DNA of 64,000 nucleotides. It comes from a virus. The stretch spans positions 1-64,000 of IMG/VR virus record IMGVR_UViG_3300020469_000011, one strand, 5' to 3'. Shown in pieces: positions 18,862-29,671 of this stretch (position 1 is the first letter of the stretch; the number at the start of each line of letters is the position of its first letter). The position numbers and the translations under genes are program-made. The notes under the pieces are model-generated. The model was given only the letters and a program-made list of their open reading frames with translations. It was not told the origin of the DNA and made no database searches.

Positions 18862-19518
18862 ATGGCAAAGGCTAATTTTGTAGACAAAGCTAAATTTTAC
18901 CAACATCTAGCTAATAGATATAATACTGTTTTAAAAATAAAAGAAAGACAAAAAAAATATTATCATTTGATCAGTGTGGCAAATGGTGATGATATAAGGA
19001 AAAGTGAATTGAATTTTAAAGTAAAAAATATGCTTCATAGAATTCCGATTGATGATTTTATCGGAAGTTGTATATTAAAAATTTGTCAAAATCTTATTAG
19101 AAAAAAAGGATTTATTGAATTTAGTCAGACACATGCAGAGGATATGATAGGAGATGCAATAGAAAACTGTATTCTTTATATATCATCATTTGACCCAAGA
19201 AAATCTTCTGAACCATTTTCTTATTTTACTCAAGTTGCAACATGGGCTTTTGTACGAAGAATTGAAAAAGAAAAAAGAGAAATTTATTTTAAATTAAGAT
19301 CTTTACATAATATGGATGGATTAACAGATAGTTCTTTTCAATCAGATCATGATGATACATATGACGGTAAAATAATGAGTGATGATTGGCTTATTCACAC
19401 ACGCAATTATGTAAATGAATATGAAGATAAAATGGAAAAGAAAAGAAATAAACAAAGAAAGAAAAAAGAAAATAAAAACTTAGTAAGTTTACTTGAGTTA
19501 GAGAGCACCAATGAATGA
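18862..19518 (+). CDS. late-transcription sigma factor gp55
   Basis: EDMIGDAIENC..Y...FDP.KS..PFSYFTQ...AFVRRIEKEK. Confidence 0.92.
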   Translation: MAKANFVDKAKFYQHLANRYNTVLKIKERQKKYYHLISVANGDDIRKSELNFKVKNMLHRIPIDDFIGSCILKICQNLIRKKGFIEFSQTHAEDMIGDAIENCILYISSFDPRKSSEPFSYFTQVATWAFVRRIEKEKREIYFKLRSLHNMDGLTDSSFQSDHDDTYDGKIMSDDWLIHTRNYVNEYEDKMEKKRNKQRKKKENKNLVSLLELESTNE

Positions 19519-20569
19519 TTGGATAGCATTGATTACAGATCAACATTTTGGTGTAAGAAATAATTCACAAGTGTTTCTTGATTATTATTTTAAATTTTAT
19601 GACAATGTGTTTTTTCCTAAACTTGAAGAATATAATATTTCAGAAATTATAGACCTTGGAGATACTTTTGATAAAAGAAAATCTATTGATTTTAATATAT
19701 TAGATCAAGTAAAAAATAGATATTTTAAAAAGTTATTGGATAGAGAAAAAACTGTTCATAGCATTGTTGGTAATCACACAGCATATTATAAAAATACTAA
19801 TCGTGTTAATACATTAAATTTATTATTAAAAGATTTTGAAAACATTGTGATTTATGAAGATCCTGAAGTTACAAGAATTAATGAAAAAGATATTTTATTA
19901 ATGCCTTGGATTAACGAAGAAAATAAAGATATTGCTTTTGATTTATTACAAGAAAAACATGAATATTGTTTTGGCCATTTAGAAATAAATGGATTTGAGA
20001 TGTATTCTGGATTAATACATCATAATGGTGATTACGATAGTCAGCTTTTTTATAACGTAGAAAATGTTTTTTCCGGTCATTTTCATCATCGTAGTAAAAA
20101 AGGAAATATTATGTATTTGGGAAATCCTTATCAATTAACATGGGGTGATTATGGAGATGTAAGAGGATTTCATATGTTAAACTTTAAAACAGGTGAATTG
20201 AGGTTTATTGAAAATCCTTATAATATGTTTCATACTATTAATTATAATGATAAGACCGTTTTAAGTGAGACAGAACAATATAAAGATTCTTACGTTAAAG
20301 TAATAAACAAGAAAAAAGGAAGTTCTACAAGATTTGAAACCTTTATAAAAAATCTTTTAAAATCAAATCCTATTGACGTAATCATTATTGAAAACGAAAA
20401 TGTATTTGAAAGTATACATGAAGATGAAAATTTTGAAGAAGAGAATACTACCGAATTATGTAGAAGTACAGTTCGTAAATTTGTAGAAGAAAATGAGATA
20501 TCTAATGGTGTAAAAATAGAAGATAAATTACTAAATTTATTACATAAAGCAGAGAGTGAAGAAGTATGA
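19511..20569 (+). CDS. recombination endonuclease gp47 (Mre11/SbcD-like)
   Basis: ITDQHFG, LGDTFD, VGNH, GHLE, SGHFH, YLGNPYQ. Confidence 0.93.
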   Translation: MNDWIALITDQHFGVRNNSQVFLDYYFKFYDNVFFPKLEEYNISEIIDLGDTFDKRKSIDFNILDQVKNRYFKKLLDREKTVHSIVGNHTAYYKNTNRVNTLNLLLKDFENIVIYEDPEVTRINEKDILLMPWINEENKDIAFDLLQEKHEYCFGHLEINGFEMYSGLIHHNGDYDSQLFYNVENVFSGHFHHRSKKGNIMYLGNPYQLTWGDYGDVRGFHMLNFKTGELRFIENPYNMFHTINYNDKTVLSETEQYKDSYVKVINKKKGSSTRFETFIKNLLKSNPIDVIIIENENVFESIHEDENFEEENTTELCRSTVRKFVEENEISNGVKIEDKLLNLLHKAESEEV

Positions 20570-20949
20570 AAGCAAATTCAGATCCTCCTAAAACTACAAG
20601 GGTAGGACCGAGGGCTATTTCATCCAGCAATCCTCAAACTAAAAGACAACTAGAACATCAAAAAGCAAGAGAACAGCAGAAAAAAAATACAACTATTATA
20701 CCCGTACAATCAATTACTAAAGAGGTTACACGTTTTTTATCTGATGATAAAAGAGCAGCAAGATATGTTAAGGGAATGGGTATTAAAAAAATCGAAATTA
20801 ATCGTAAAACAAATGCTATTGAATTTGAACTTGAAGAAGAATTTAATCATATATTATCTACAATATGTTCTTGGAAAAAAATAAAGCCTGAAGAATATTT
20901 AAGTCAACTATTAACAGAATATTTCTTGAGTTTAAAACATAAAAAATGA
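20566..20949 (+). CDS. hypothetical protein
   Basis: ATGA-coupled ORF. Confidence 0.55.
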   Translation: MKANSDPPKTTRVGPRAISSSNPQTKRQLEHQKAREQQKKNTTIIPVQSITKEVTRFLSDDKRAARYVKGMGIKKIEINRKTNAIEFELEEEFNHILSTICSWKKIKPEEYLSQLLTEYFLSLKHKK

Positions 20950-20969
20950 ATTTATTGAAAGGAGATTAG

Positions 20970-22082
20970 ATGAGAATTGAAGAAGACATTAAATTAGACT
21001 TTAAAGATGTTTTGTTTAAACCTAAACGATCTACTTTAACAAGCAGGCGTGATGTAGACTTAACTAGAACATTTAAGTTTGCTAATAGTGGTAAAGAATG
21101 GACAGGCATTCCTATTATGGCTAGTAATATGGATGGTGTTGGAACTTTTGAGATGGCTAAAATTTTACAAGAATATAAAATGATAACCGTAATGAGTAAA
21201 CACTATTCATTAGATGATTGGCATGATGCAATGAAAAGTGGAATAGATCCAAATTATTTGAGTGTGTGTACAGGAACTGGAATAATTTGGGATGAGCTTT
21301 CTTCAGATTATATTACAATGCAAGATGTTCTCAAATCTTATTCCGCTATTCAATTTATTTGTGTAGACGTTGCAAATGGATATCACGAAAATTATAGTAA
21401 CTTTGTTGCTAAACTTAGAAAAGATTATCCCGATAAAATAATTATTGCCGGTAATGTTATTACAAGTGAAATGACGGAAGAGTTAATTATAAATGGTGCA
21501 GATATTGTTAAATGCGGAATAGGTCCTGGAAGTGTATGTACAACAAGACTTGTAACAGGTGTTGGTGTTCCTCAGTTGTCAGGTATTATAGAATGTGCTG
21601 ATGCGGCTAATGGAGTAGGTGGACATATTATTGCTGACGGTGGATGCATTTATCCTGGTGATGTTGCAAAAGCATTTGGCGCTGGTGCTCATTTTGTTAT
21701 GCTTGGTGGAATGTTAGCCGGTCATGATGAAGGTGGAGGTGCGATTACTGAAAAGGCATATCCTAAAGAAGAATTTGATATTAGAGAAGATGGAGTTGTT
21801 ATTGATGGAGTTCAATGGGAAAGAAAAAGATTTATTGAATTTTATGGAATGAGTTCAGACGTTGCTATGTCAAAACATGGAAGTAGAAAAGATGGCTATA
21901 GAGGTGCTGAAGGTAGACTAGTAAAGCTACCGTATAGAGGTTCTGTTAAAAATGCAATAACGGAAATATTAGGAGGAGTAAGAAGCGCAGCAACTTATAT
22001 CGGTGCACAAAGAATTAAAGATATGCCAAAATGTGCTACGTTTGTTAGAGTTTTACAACAATATAATAATGAATACAAATAA
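20970..22082 (+). CDS. guaC: GMP reductase
   Basis: [47 protein letters not shown]. Confidence 0.95.
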   Translation: MRIEEDIKLDFKDVLFKPKRSTLTSRRDVDLTRTFKFANSGKEWTGIPIMASNMDGVGTFEMAKILQEYKMITVMSKHYSLDDWHDAMKSGIDPNYLSVCTGTGIIWDELSSDYITMQDVLKSYSAIQFICVDVANGYHENYSNFVAKLRKDYPDKIIIAGNVITSEMTEELIINGADIVKCGIGPGSVCTTRLVTGVGVPQLSGIIECADAANGVGGHIIADGGCIYPGDVAKAFGAGAHFVMLGGMLAGHDEGGGAITEKAYPKEEFDIREDGVVIDGVQWERKRFIEFYGMSSDVAMSKHGSRKDGYRGAEGRLVKLPYRGSVKNAITEILGGVRSAATYIGAQRIKDMPKCATFVRVLQQYNNEYK

Positions 22083-22094
22083 ATAAAAAAAGAC

Positions 22095-22123
22095 TTGACA
22101 TTTTGATAAAGTTATGATATAAT
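22095..22123 (+). promoter_or_regulatory. sigma70 consensus promoter
   Basis: TTGACA-17 nt-TATAAT with TG extension, upstream of gp46. Confidence 0.75.
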
Positions 22124-22169
22124 TGAATTGTTTTGAAAAATTAATATTTTAATTTACCGGTGATATAAT

Positions 22170-23906
22170 ATGCAAATTACTTTTGAATCTGTTAGATTTC
22201 AAAATTTTCTTTCATTTGGCACAACTCCGACAGAAATAAATTTAACCTCACAAAAATCTACCTTAGTTACTGGAACAAATTTCTCTGGTAAATCCTCCGC
22301 AGTATTAGATACTATTACATTTGCACTTTTTGGAAAAGCGTTTAGACAAATTAATAAACCTCAACTTATTAATATGTATAACGGAAAAGAGTGTTTAGTA
22401 GAATTATACTTCAACAAAAATAATGTAAAATACTTAATAAGAAGAGGATTAAAACCTAATATTTTTGAGATTTTTAGAGATGGAAATAAATTAGATATAG
22501 ATGCTTCAGCAAAAGATCAACAAGTAGAATTTGAAAAAAATATATTAAACTTTACATATCAAACATTTCAACAAATTGTTGTTCTGGGTTCTGCTAATTA
22601 TATTCCTTTTATGAGATTGAAACCTAATGAGAGAAGACTAGTTGTGGATGACATTTTAAATTTACATGTGTTTACTAAAATGTCCGAAAAACTTAAAACA
22701 GAAATAGCGGAAACAAAATCAGAATTACAAACCACAACTAACCAATTATTTTTAAAAGAAGAATTTCTAAGTTCTAAAAAAGAACATTTAGAAGCACTCT
22801 CTAATGTAAATGTTTCAACAGTTGATGAGAGTTTGATCAAAGAAATACAAAATGAGAATAATAAGTTAGAATTAGAAATTAATGAAAAAGAATTAGAGTT
22901 GAAATCTCTTACTATTGAAGAAGAATACAATATTTCTGATATTGATAAAGAATTAAATAAGTATGAAAAAGTAAAAAATAAAATTATGTTTGGTGTTGAG
23001 ACACAAAAAAAGACATATGATTTTTTCTTAGAACATTCCAATTGTCCAACTTGTCATCAAAAGATTGAAGAAGATTTTAGAAAAAATCAAATTGAATCTA
23101 TAAAGGAAAAGATACTAGAAAAAAAAGAAGGTGTTCAACAGTTAATTGAAAAAATATCAGAGTTTAAGAAAACTAAAGATGAATATCTTTTATCAAATAA
23201 AAATATAGTTCTAAACAAGAAAAGACAAACTGAATTAACAAATTCAATTTTTTCATTAGAAAATAAAATAGAAACAAATCATGAAAAGATTTCTATATTA
23301 AGAAATCCTAGCACACTTGATGTAGAGAAAATAACTAAAACTAAAAATGAAATTTCTGATATTGAAAATACAATTAAAGAATTGAAATGTAATGAATCAT
23401 ACTATAATGAAGAAACTGAGATACAAAAAAATTGTTCTATTTTATTAAAGGATTCAGGAATAAAAGCTACAATAATGAATAAGTATCTGAAACTATTAAA
23501 TCAAAATATGGAGATTTATTTAAAAAGATTTGGTTTGAAATTGAATTTTGAATTGCAAAATTCTTTTGATGAAAAAATAACAAATTTTTCCGGTCATGAA
23601 TTTTCTTATTTTTCTTTAAGTGAAGGAGAAAAACTTAGAGTTGATTTAGCTATGATGTTTTCTTGGAGAAACCTTGCTTCTAAAAGAGCAAAAATGAAAA
23701 CAAACTTATTAATTTTAGATGAGGTTATGGATGGTGCAGCCGATGCTTTTCTACAACAAGAGTTAATTGATCTTTTAAATGATATGACTTCTACAAACTT
23801 TTTTGTTATATCTCATCGCACAGATGGATTACAAGATAAGTTTGATAGAAATCTTCACGTAGAAAGAAACACTGGATTTTCAATTATCAAGGAACATTTA
23901 TTATGA
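22170..23906 (+). CDS. recombination ATPase gp46 (Rad50/SbcC-like)
   Basis: FQNFLSFG, Walker A GTNFSGKS, CPTC zinc hook, LSEGEK, LILDEV, ISH. Confidence 0.93.
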   Translation: MQITFESVRFQNFLSFGTTPTEINLTSQKSTLVTGTNFSGKSSAVLDTITFALFGKAFRQINKPQLINMYNGKECLVELYFNKNNVKYLIRRGLKPNIFEIFRDGNKLDIDASAKDQQVEFEKNILNFTYQTFQQIVVLGSANYIPFMRLKPNERRLVVDDILNLHVFTKMSEKLKTEIAETKSELQTTTNQLFLKEEFLSSKKEHLEALSNVNVSTVDESLIKEIQNENNKLELEINEKELELKSLTIEEEYNISDIDKELNKYEKVKNKIMFGVETQKKTYDFFLEHSNCPTCHQKIEEDFRKNQIESIKEKILEKKEGVQQLIEKISEFKKTKDEYLLSNKNIVLNKKRQTELTNSIFSLENKIETNHEKISILRNPSTLDVEKITKTKNEISDIENTIKELKCNESYYNEETEIQKNCSILLKDSGIKATIMNKYLKLLNQNMEIYLKRFGLKLNFELQNSFDEKITNFSGHEFSYFSLSEGEKLRVDLAMMFSWRNLASKRAKMKTNLLILDEVMDGAADAFLQQELIDLLNDMTSTNFFVISHRTDGLQDKFDRNLHVERNTGFSIIKEHLL

Positions 23907-24709
23907 TTCTTCAATCTGATTTTGATATTGGGTTTGAAATAGAGGGTTTTGCTTTAGAATCAAATTATAAAAGAATTAAAAAAATCTCAGAGGAGTATGG
24001 TTTATATTTTATGACTGGTGATTGTAGTATGCATGAAGATGAAAATATTAAAGAATTGGCCTACACTGAATATAATGGAGAAGAATATTGTGAAACTATT
24101 GTTCCTTTTGAAATTAACACTAATCCTATTCAAGTAACACCTTTAAATATTTTAAAAGTATATCAGTATTTTAAAAACTTATACTTAGAAGGAATTATAA
24201 CAAACGATACATGTGCCTTACATGCACATATTAAATTAAAAAATGAAAAATTAAAAAGTGAAAGTTCATTTTATAAATCTGCAATGGCAATGGCATATCT
24301 TGTGGAAACAAGGAATTATAAAAACTTTATGTATTTTGAAAATGAAGAAATGTATCATAAAGGATGGTCTTCTTTAAATAGTACACTTAAACAATATGAA
24401 ATATTAAACAATTCTATAGGACAAGACAATTTTAGTTATATTACAAAAGGAGAGAAAAGAGGTTTGTTCTGGGTTCATCCACTAGGAACTATTGAATGGA
24501 GAGGACCAAGAAGAATATTTAACAATAATCCGGTTGCTTTTTTAAATAAAAAAGTTCATCAATATGAGTTGAAACTATATAGGCTAGTTAGATTTATATT
24601 TAATATTATTCCAGTATTACAAAATGCATATAATGGTAAAAATATTAAATACAATAGAGATTCTTTTTATTGGAAATTGTATAACTTAATGGCAACAAAT
24701 GAAATTTAA
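23903..24709 (+). CDS. putative amidoligase (COOH-NH2 ligase fold)
   Basis: IGFEIE, GDCS, FEINT, TCALHAH, TIEWR. Confidence 0.6.
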   Translation: MILQSDFDIGFEIEGFALESNYKRIKKISEEYGLYFMTGDCSMHEDENIKELAYTEYNGEEYCETIVPFEINTNPIQVTPLNILKVYQYFKNLYLEGIITNDTCALHAHIKLKNEKLKSESSFYKSAMAMAYLVETRNYKNFMYFENEEMYHKGWSSLNSTLKQYEILNNSIGQDNFSYITKGEKRGLFWVHPLGTIEWRGPRRIFNNNPVAFLNKKVHQYELKLYRLVRFIFNIIPVLQNAYNGKNIKYNRDSFYWKLYNLMATNEI

Positions 24710-25232
24710 ATTAGTTACTGAAAAAGATAATTTAGAATATTTAAAACAAGTTTCAAAACCTTTTGATTTTAATAGTTATACTAATGAAGAAATTAAAAAG
24801 ATTGAAAATAATATAACAAATTATGTTTTTGAACAACAAGCATTTGGAGTAGCAGGAGTACAATTATCCTTTCCTTATCGTGTATTTGGTGTGTATGTAG
24901 ATGAAGGAGACTTTAGAGTTATGTTTAATCCTAGCTTATTAAAAATTTTAGATGATACAAATGTAAATGAAATGGAAGGTTGTTTAAGTTTTCCAGAATT
25001 ATTCCTAAATATAGGAAGATCAAAAAGAATTCTTATAGAGTATCATGACTTAGAAAATAAACTAAATACAACAGAATTATCAGATTACTACGCAAGAGGG
25101 TTTTTGCATGAATTAGATCATTTGAATGGTACTGTATTTATAGATTATGTAGGAAAACTTTCTTTAAAATTGGCTAGAAAAAAAGTAGTCAAGTATAATA
25201 AGAGAAAATCTTTCAACAGAGGAATAAATTAA
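24699..25232 (+). CDS. def: peptide deformylase
   Basis: GVAGVQL, EGCLSFP, HELDHLNG. Confidence 0.93.
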   Translation: MKFKLVTEKDNLEYLKQVSKPFDFNSYTNEEIKKIENNITNYVFEQQAFGVAGVQLSFPYRVFGVYVDEGDFRVMFNPSLLKILDDTNVNEMEGCLSFPELFLNIGRSKRILIEYHDLENKLNTTELSDYYARGFLHELDHLNGTVFIDYVGKLSLKLARKKVVKYNKRKSFNRGIN

Positions 25233-25233
25233 A

Positions 25234-25896
25234 ATGGCTTATACAGCAGAATTTTTAGCAGCAGTAGCTGAAAAACCAAAGCATCTATCACCAAATGATA
25301 AAGCTAGAGTATTTGCAGGTAAAGGTGGATGGTATCTTAGGGACCTTACTACTGGTAATGCTCCTGAATTAATTATGTCAATTCCAGGACTATCTGACAT
25401 TTTGGATAGGGGAACAGATGGTAATCAATTAGCTGATAGTGTTAAAAAGCAATTAATGGTTCAACCTACAGATGTTGGATTTAACAGGAGAAGTAGAAGA
25501 AGATATAGTATTATAGTTGGCTTACATGAGCAGATTAAAGCGGTTGGTGCAGATGTTGTTCTCGAATTAGATATAAATGGTACAAGTACAGCCGGTGGTA
25601 AAGTTGGTACAACAGCACAAAATGTAGCTGGTGGTGATATTAAATCTCAACTAACAGTAGGCACTAAATTAGAATGTACAATTGCAGATGGTGCAACGGT
25701 AGGTAAACTTGAATTTCCATTGCCTTTATTAACTGTTGATCCAGGAAAGTTGATTATTCAATTAGCCGCTAGTGCTTCTATTGGAGCGAAATCTGGTTCA
25801 GACCTTGGTAATTTACAAGATTCAGAAGGTCTTACTCAGGGACAATCTATAGCACATGCCGTAATTAATGGTACTGAAGTTACAATTATACCTTAA
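25234..25896 (+). CDS. hypothetical (possibly virion) protein
   Basis: G/A/T-rich, beta-rich 220-aa ORF with GAGG RBS. Confidence 0.55.
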   Translation: MAYTAEFLAAVAEKPKHLSPNDKARVFAGKGGWYLRDLTTGNAPELIMSIPGLSDILDRGTDGNQLADSVKKQLMVQPTDVGFNRRSRRRYSIIVGLHEQIKAVGADVVLELDINGTSTAGGKVGTTAQNVAGGDIKSQLTVGTKLECTIADGATVGKLEFPLPLLTVDPGKLIIQLAASASIGAKSGSDLGNLQDSEGLTQGQSIAHAVINGTEVTIIP

Positions 25897-25914
25897 TAAT
25901 TTATAATTAAAAAC

Positions 25915-25943
25915 AATGCCTTTCTTTATGGAAGGCATTCTTA
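25915..25943 (+). terminator. intrinsic terminator
   Basis: AATGCCTTTC/GGAAGGCATT stem followed by a T-rich tract. Confidence 0.55.
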
Positions 25944-25970
25944 TATTCTTTAAAAGGAGAATTATTAGAA

Positions 25971-26171
25971 ATGCGTGATAAAGCATATCGTAAACAACAA
26001 GAAGTGAAAAAATCTTATAAAAAATTTGTTACTGAAATGAAACAAGAAAAGTTTAAAGAACCATCAAAGAAAAGAAATAATAAAATTAATCTTGATAAAA
26101 TTGATTATAATAATTTATCAGAAGAAGATATTTCAGAACTAGAAGAAATGGTAGATAAAGAACAATCATGA
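25971..26171 (+). CDS. hypothetical protein
   Basis: AGGAG RBS, basic/acidic small ORF. Confidence 0.55.
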   Translation: MRDKAYRKQQEVKKSYKKFVTEMKQEKFKEPSKKRNNKINLDKIDYNNLSEEDISELEEMVDKEQS

Positions 26172-26608
26172 CTCTTGAACAAATTAGAAAACTAAATTTA
26201 GAAAGTCCAAATACTCTTAATTTAGAACAAAATCTAATTAATCAGTTAAGAGTTGAAACAGATAATTTATTAGATGTTTTTTTAAAAAAATATAAAGGAC
26301 AATTTAATGGCCCAGTGAATTCAAATATTATTCGTGATAGTAATATATTAAGACAAGACGTTCTTTCTATGCTTCAAGAAAAATGTGCATTAATGATAAA
26401 TTTGTTTGATAAAGATTATAACACTTTTATAAATAAACATGGATGGTTTGAAAATTTATCTGCAGGAATTAGACATAAAGTTACTAAAGATGAATTAGCA
26501 TATGAATTATGTGAAGTTATTAGAAAGATTTATTATGTTTATATGGAAGACAAGCTTCCTAAAAAATATAAAATAGATATTACAGAAAAATATTTACTTA
26601 AAGAATAA
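26168..26608 (+). CDS. hypothetical protein
   Basis: Coupled ORF. Confidence 0.5.
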   Translation: MTLEQIRKLNLESPNTLNLEQNLINQLRVETDNLLDVFLKKYKGQFNGPVNSNIIRDSNILRQDVLSMLQEKCALMINLFDKDYNTFINKHGWFENLSAGIRHKVTKDELAYELCEVIRKIYYVYMEDKLPKKYKIDITEKYLLKE

Positions 26609-26609
26609 T

Positions 26610-26828
26610 ATGTCTCAAAGAATTAATACAACTGATTTGATCCTCACAACACCACAATGGTCTGCATACTGTGCTTCTGAAAAAGGAGTAAAGAAAAAAT
26701 CTTTTCCCGATTTTGTAGTAGATAAAAGAGAAATCGTAATAGATCCAGTGTCAAAGAAAAAGTTCTATAAATGTAGAATGGTTTCGGATAATGAAATTTA
26801 TAAAGAAGTTAAAAACTTATTGATGTGA
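26610..26828 (+). CDS. hypothetical protein
   Basis: Coupled ORF. Confidence 0.5.
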   Translation: MSQRINTTDLILTTPQWSAYCASEKGVKKKSFPDFVVDKREIVIDPVSKKKFYKCRMVSDNEIYKEVKNLLM

Positions 26829-27057
26829 GAACTACATGATATTTAAAAGAAAAGGTAATTTAACTTACTGTTTTGATAATGAAGAAGAATTTAAAAATTA
26901 TTGTGCGGAAAATACAACGGTAAATATAAAAATGTTTTCGGATTTCGAAATATCAAAATATAATAAAAGAACTAGAAGATTTGACAAAGTAAAATCTAGT
27001 AAACTTTGAATAATATTAATATATTAGAAAAAAATCACTCCAAATAAAAAAATCTCC

Positions 27058-27086
27058 TTGACTTTTCTATTCAAGTCTGATACAAT
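27058..27086 (+). promoter_or_regulatory. sigma70-type promoter
   Basis: TTGACT-17 nt-TACAAT with TG extension. Confidence 0.65.
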
Positions 27087-27127
27087 AATATTAAGTAAAA
27101 TATTGATCAAATTTTAGGGAGCATCAT

Positions 27128-29602
27128 ATGGAAATATACAGTGAAAGTCTTGCAAAACTTTTTGCTACAGAAAATATTTCTGTAGAAATAAAGAAAATAA
27201 CAACCGCATTTTTTGATGTCAAAAATAGAAGAATGGCTTTTCCTCTTTGGATATTGGATCTTCCAGTTGCTTCTAGAGAACTCCTCATGTTGCATGAAGC
27301 ATCTCACGCACTTCACACACCAGAATTTGGAACTCATGAAAAAGCTAAAGAATATGAACAAGTTTTTAGAACAATTCTAAATGTGTTAGAAGATAAAAGA
27401 ATTGAAGATTTGATGAAAGACAAGTATCCAGGCGCTAAAGCTACTTTCATCCGTGGGTTTTTTGAATTGGTAAACAAAAATTTTTTTGGTATTAGTTTTT
27501 ATGAAAATATAGAAGATTTTAATCTTATTGATAAAATGAATTTATATTTTAAGGGTGACTATTATTTTGATTGTGAATTTTCAGAAGAAGAACAGTACTG
27601 GGTAGATCGTGCATGTAATAATTCTTCTTTTGAAGAAGTGTATCAGAATGCTGAAGAATTATATGAATATCTTAAAGAAAAATATTCTAAAGAAGTTTTA
27701 GAAAATGTAAAATATGACCTAGACGATTTTTCTCTTAATGATTCAGGTGAATATGTTGATGGTGCAAGTAAAACTATGGATGAGTTGAGAGAATTATTAT
27801 CTAAAGAAGATTTTGAAAAGTTGGAAGAAGCATTAAATGATAATGACGATCAAAAAGCGGCCAATATAATTAAAGAAAAATTAGAAGATGATAATTTAGA
27901 TTTTGCTGAAAATAACTCAGCAAAAACAGATACTAATTGGGAACAAAGTCAGCAAAATTTTTCTTCAAAAAAAGAAGACGATACTAGATTTAATGGTTAT
28001 AGAAAAGAACCAATAAATGTTTCTATGCCGAGACTTGTTAACAGTAATGATTATATTATTAATAATGCATTAATTACGAAGACTATTAATGATGATAAAA
28101 TTTTCTTATCAGATATTAAAAAATCTTCATACGAATCTTTTATGAAAGAACATAAAGATTCTATGCGACCAATTATGAATCATATGCTCAAAGAATTTTA
28201 TCGCAAACAAGCGGCAGAAGATTTTCGTAGAGCAAAACAATCTAAGACGGGAAATTTAAATTTAAATAAACTACCTCATTACAAATATAACACAGATGTG
28301 TTTTTAAATAAAACTGTAATAAATGACCAAAAAAATCATGGGTTTGTGCTTTTAGTAGATTGGTCAGGTTCAATGAACTATATCATGACAAGTGCAATTC
28401 TTCAACTTATTAATAATGTCACCTTTTGTAAGAATATAGATGTTCCTTTTGTAGCTTATGCATTTTCTTCAGAAGCAAGCAAAAGTGATGATATTGGACA
28501 TAATGTAGTTTTTCATGGAGTAGAAAAAGGAGATCTTAGAATAAGTTCACAATTAAAATTACTTGAATTATTTGATTCGGAAAAAAATAATTATGAAGAA
28601 CAATTAAAAAATTTATATTACCTCGCTTTTTGCTTTTTGAATAATCAATTTACTAGCAGAGAACATTATCATTCTTTTGCGGAAGAATATCTTGATGAAA
28701 ATAAAAATTTAAAAATAAACACTAAGGATACATATAGAAATTATTGGATAAAACATGGATATGAAAATATGTGTGTTTTGAGTGATATTTTTAATTTAGG
28801 TTCTACACCATTAAACGATAGTTTATTATTAATGAATCATGTTATTCCAAAACAAAAGCAAAAGATGAATGTTGATATCATGAATTTTATTGTTATTACA
28901 GATGGTGATAGTGATCATCCTCAAACACCCGCATTACAAAATGATGTGAATACGATAAAAATTCTTGATACAACAACTTCGGATTGGGGTGACGCTAATG
29001 ATAAATGGGTTTCTAATTCAGACCGCTCATCTGATCTAGGAAGTTCTTATAAAAATGGTAAAATTTTTATTAAGTCAATGTATAGTAATAAAATATACAG
29101 TATCTCATCAATGTACGATGAAGATCTTGATAGAGGAATTAGAATTTCTAGATGTAGAACAAGAACTCTCGCTCACATATTAAAACAGGAAACAGATGCT
29201 AATGTTGTAAGTATAGAATTAGTAAATTATAATACTAATGGACTAAGAAGAGTATTGGCTAATTCTTATGGTATATGTGATTATGATCGAACAGAAGAAA
29301 TAGTAAATGATTATAAAAAGAACGGATTTGCAAACATAAATGGTACCGGATATGATAGTATATTCATTGTTAATACAAGTGTGATTTGTGACTACAACAA
29401 TGATAATAGTTACTTAAATGCAAATAATTTAACAGAAGATAAAAATTATCTAGATGATTTATCAGTAAATAAAAAAGGAGTTATTACTACAAAACAACTT
29501 ACAAATGCTCTTGGCAAAAATGTCTCACAAAAAAATAAAAGGAGATTTTTAGCAACACGCATTGTTGATATTGTCTCAGAAAAACAAAAAATTTCAACTT
29601 GA
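27128..29602 (+). CDS. HEXXH peptidase-like + vWA domain protein (CobT-like partner)
   Basis: LHEASH, NVLED.RIE, MIDAS DWSGS, GSTPLND, ITDGDS. Confidence 0.85.
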   Translation: MEIYSESLAKLFATENISVEIKKITTAFFDVKNRRMAFPLWILDLPVASRELLMLHEASHALHTPEFGTHEKAKEYEQVFRTILNVLEDKRIEDLMKDKYPGAKATFIRGFFELVNKNFFGISFYENIEDFNLIDKMNLYFKGDYYFDCEFSEEEQYWVDRACNNSSFEEVYQNAEELYEYLKEKYSKEVLENVKYDLDDFSLNDSGEYVDGASKTMDELRELLSKEDFEKLEEALNDNDDQKAANIIKEKLEDDNLDFAENNSAKTDTNWEQSQQNFSSKKEDDTRFNGYRKEPINVSMPRLVNSNDYIINNALITKTINDDKIFLSDIKKSSYESFMKEHKDSMRPIMNHMLKEFYRKQAAEDFRRAKQSKTGNLNLNKLPHYKYNTDVFLNKTVINDQKNHGFVLLVDWSGSMNYIMTSAILQLINNVTFCKNIDVPFVAYAFSSEASKSDDIGHNVVFHGVEKGDLRISSQLKLLELFDSEKNNYEEQLKNLYYLAFCFLNNQFTSREHYHSFAEEYLDENKNLKINTKDTYRNYWIKHGYENMCVLSDIFNLGSTPLNDSLLLMNHVIPKQKQKMNVDIMNFIVITDGDSDHPQTPALQNDVNTIKILDTTTSDWGDANDKWVSNSDRSSDLGSSYKNGKIFIKSMYSNKIYSISSMYDEDLDRGIRISRCRTRTLAHILKQETDANVVSIELVNYNTNGLRRVLANSYGICDYDRTEEIVNDYKKNGFANINGTGYDSIFIVNTSVICDYNNDNSYLNANNLTEDKNYLDDLSVNKKGVITTKQLTNALGKNVSQKNKRRFLATRIVDIVSEKQKIST

Positions 29603-29626
29603 CATTTTAAATTTTTCTGCTATACT
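29599..29626 (+). promoter_or_regulatory. sigma70-type promoter
   Basis: TTGACA-16 nt-TATACT with TG extension. Confidence 0.7.
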
Positions 29627-29671
29627 GTATAAAGTGACTTACATTATTCTTTTAAATTAAAGGAGTTTATT

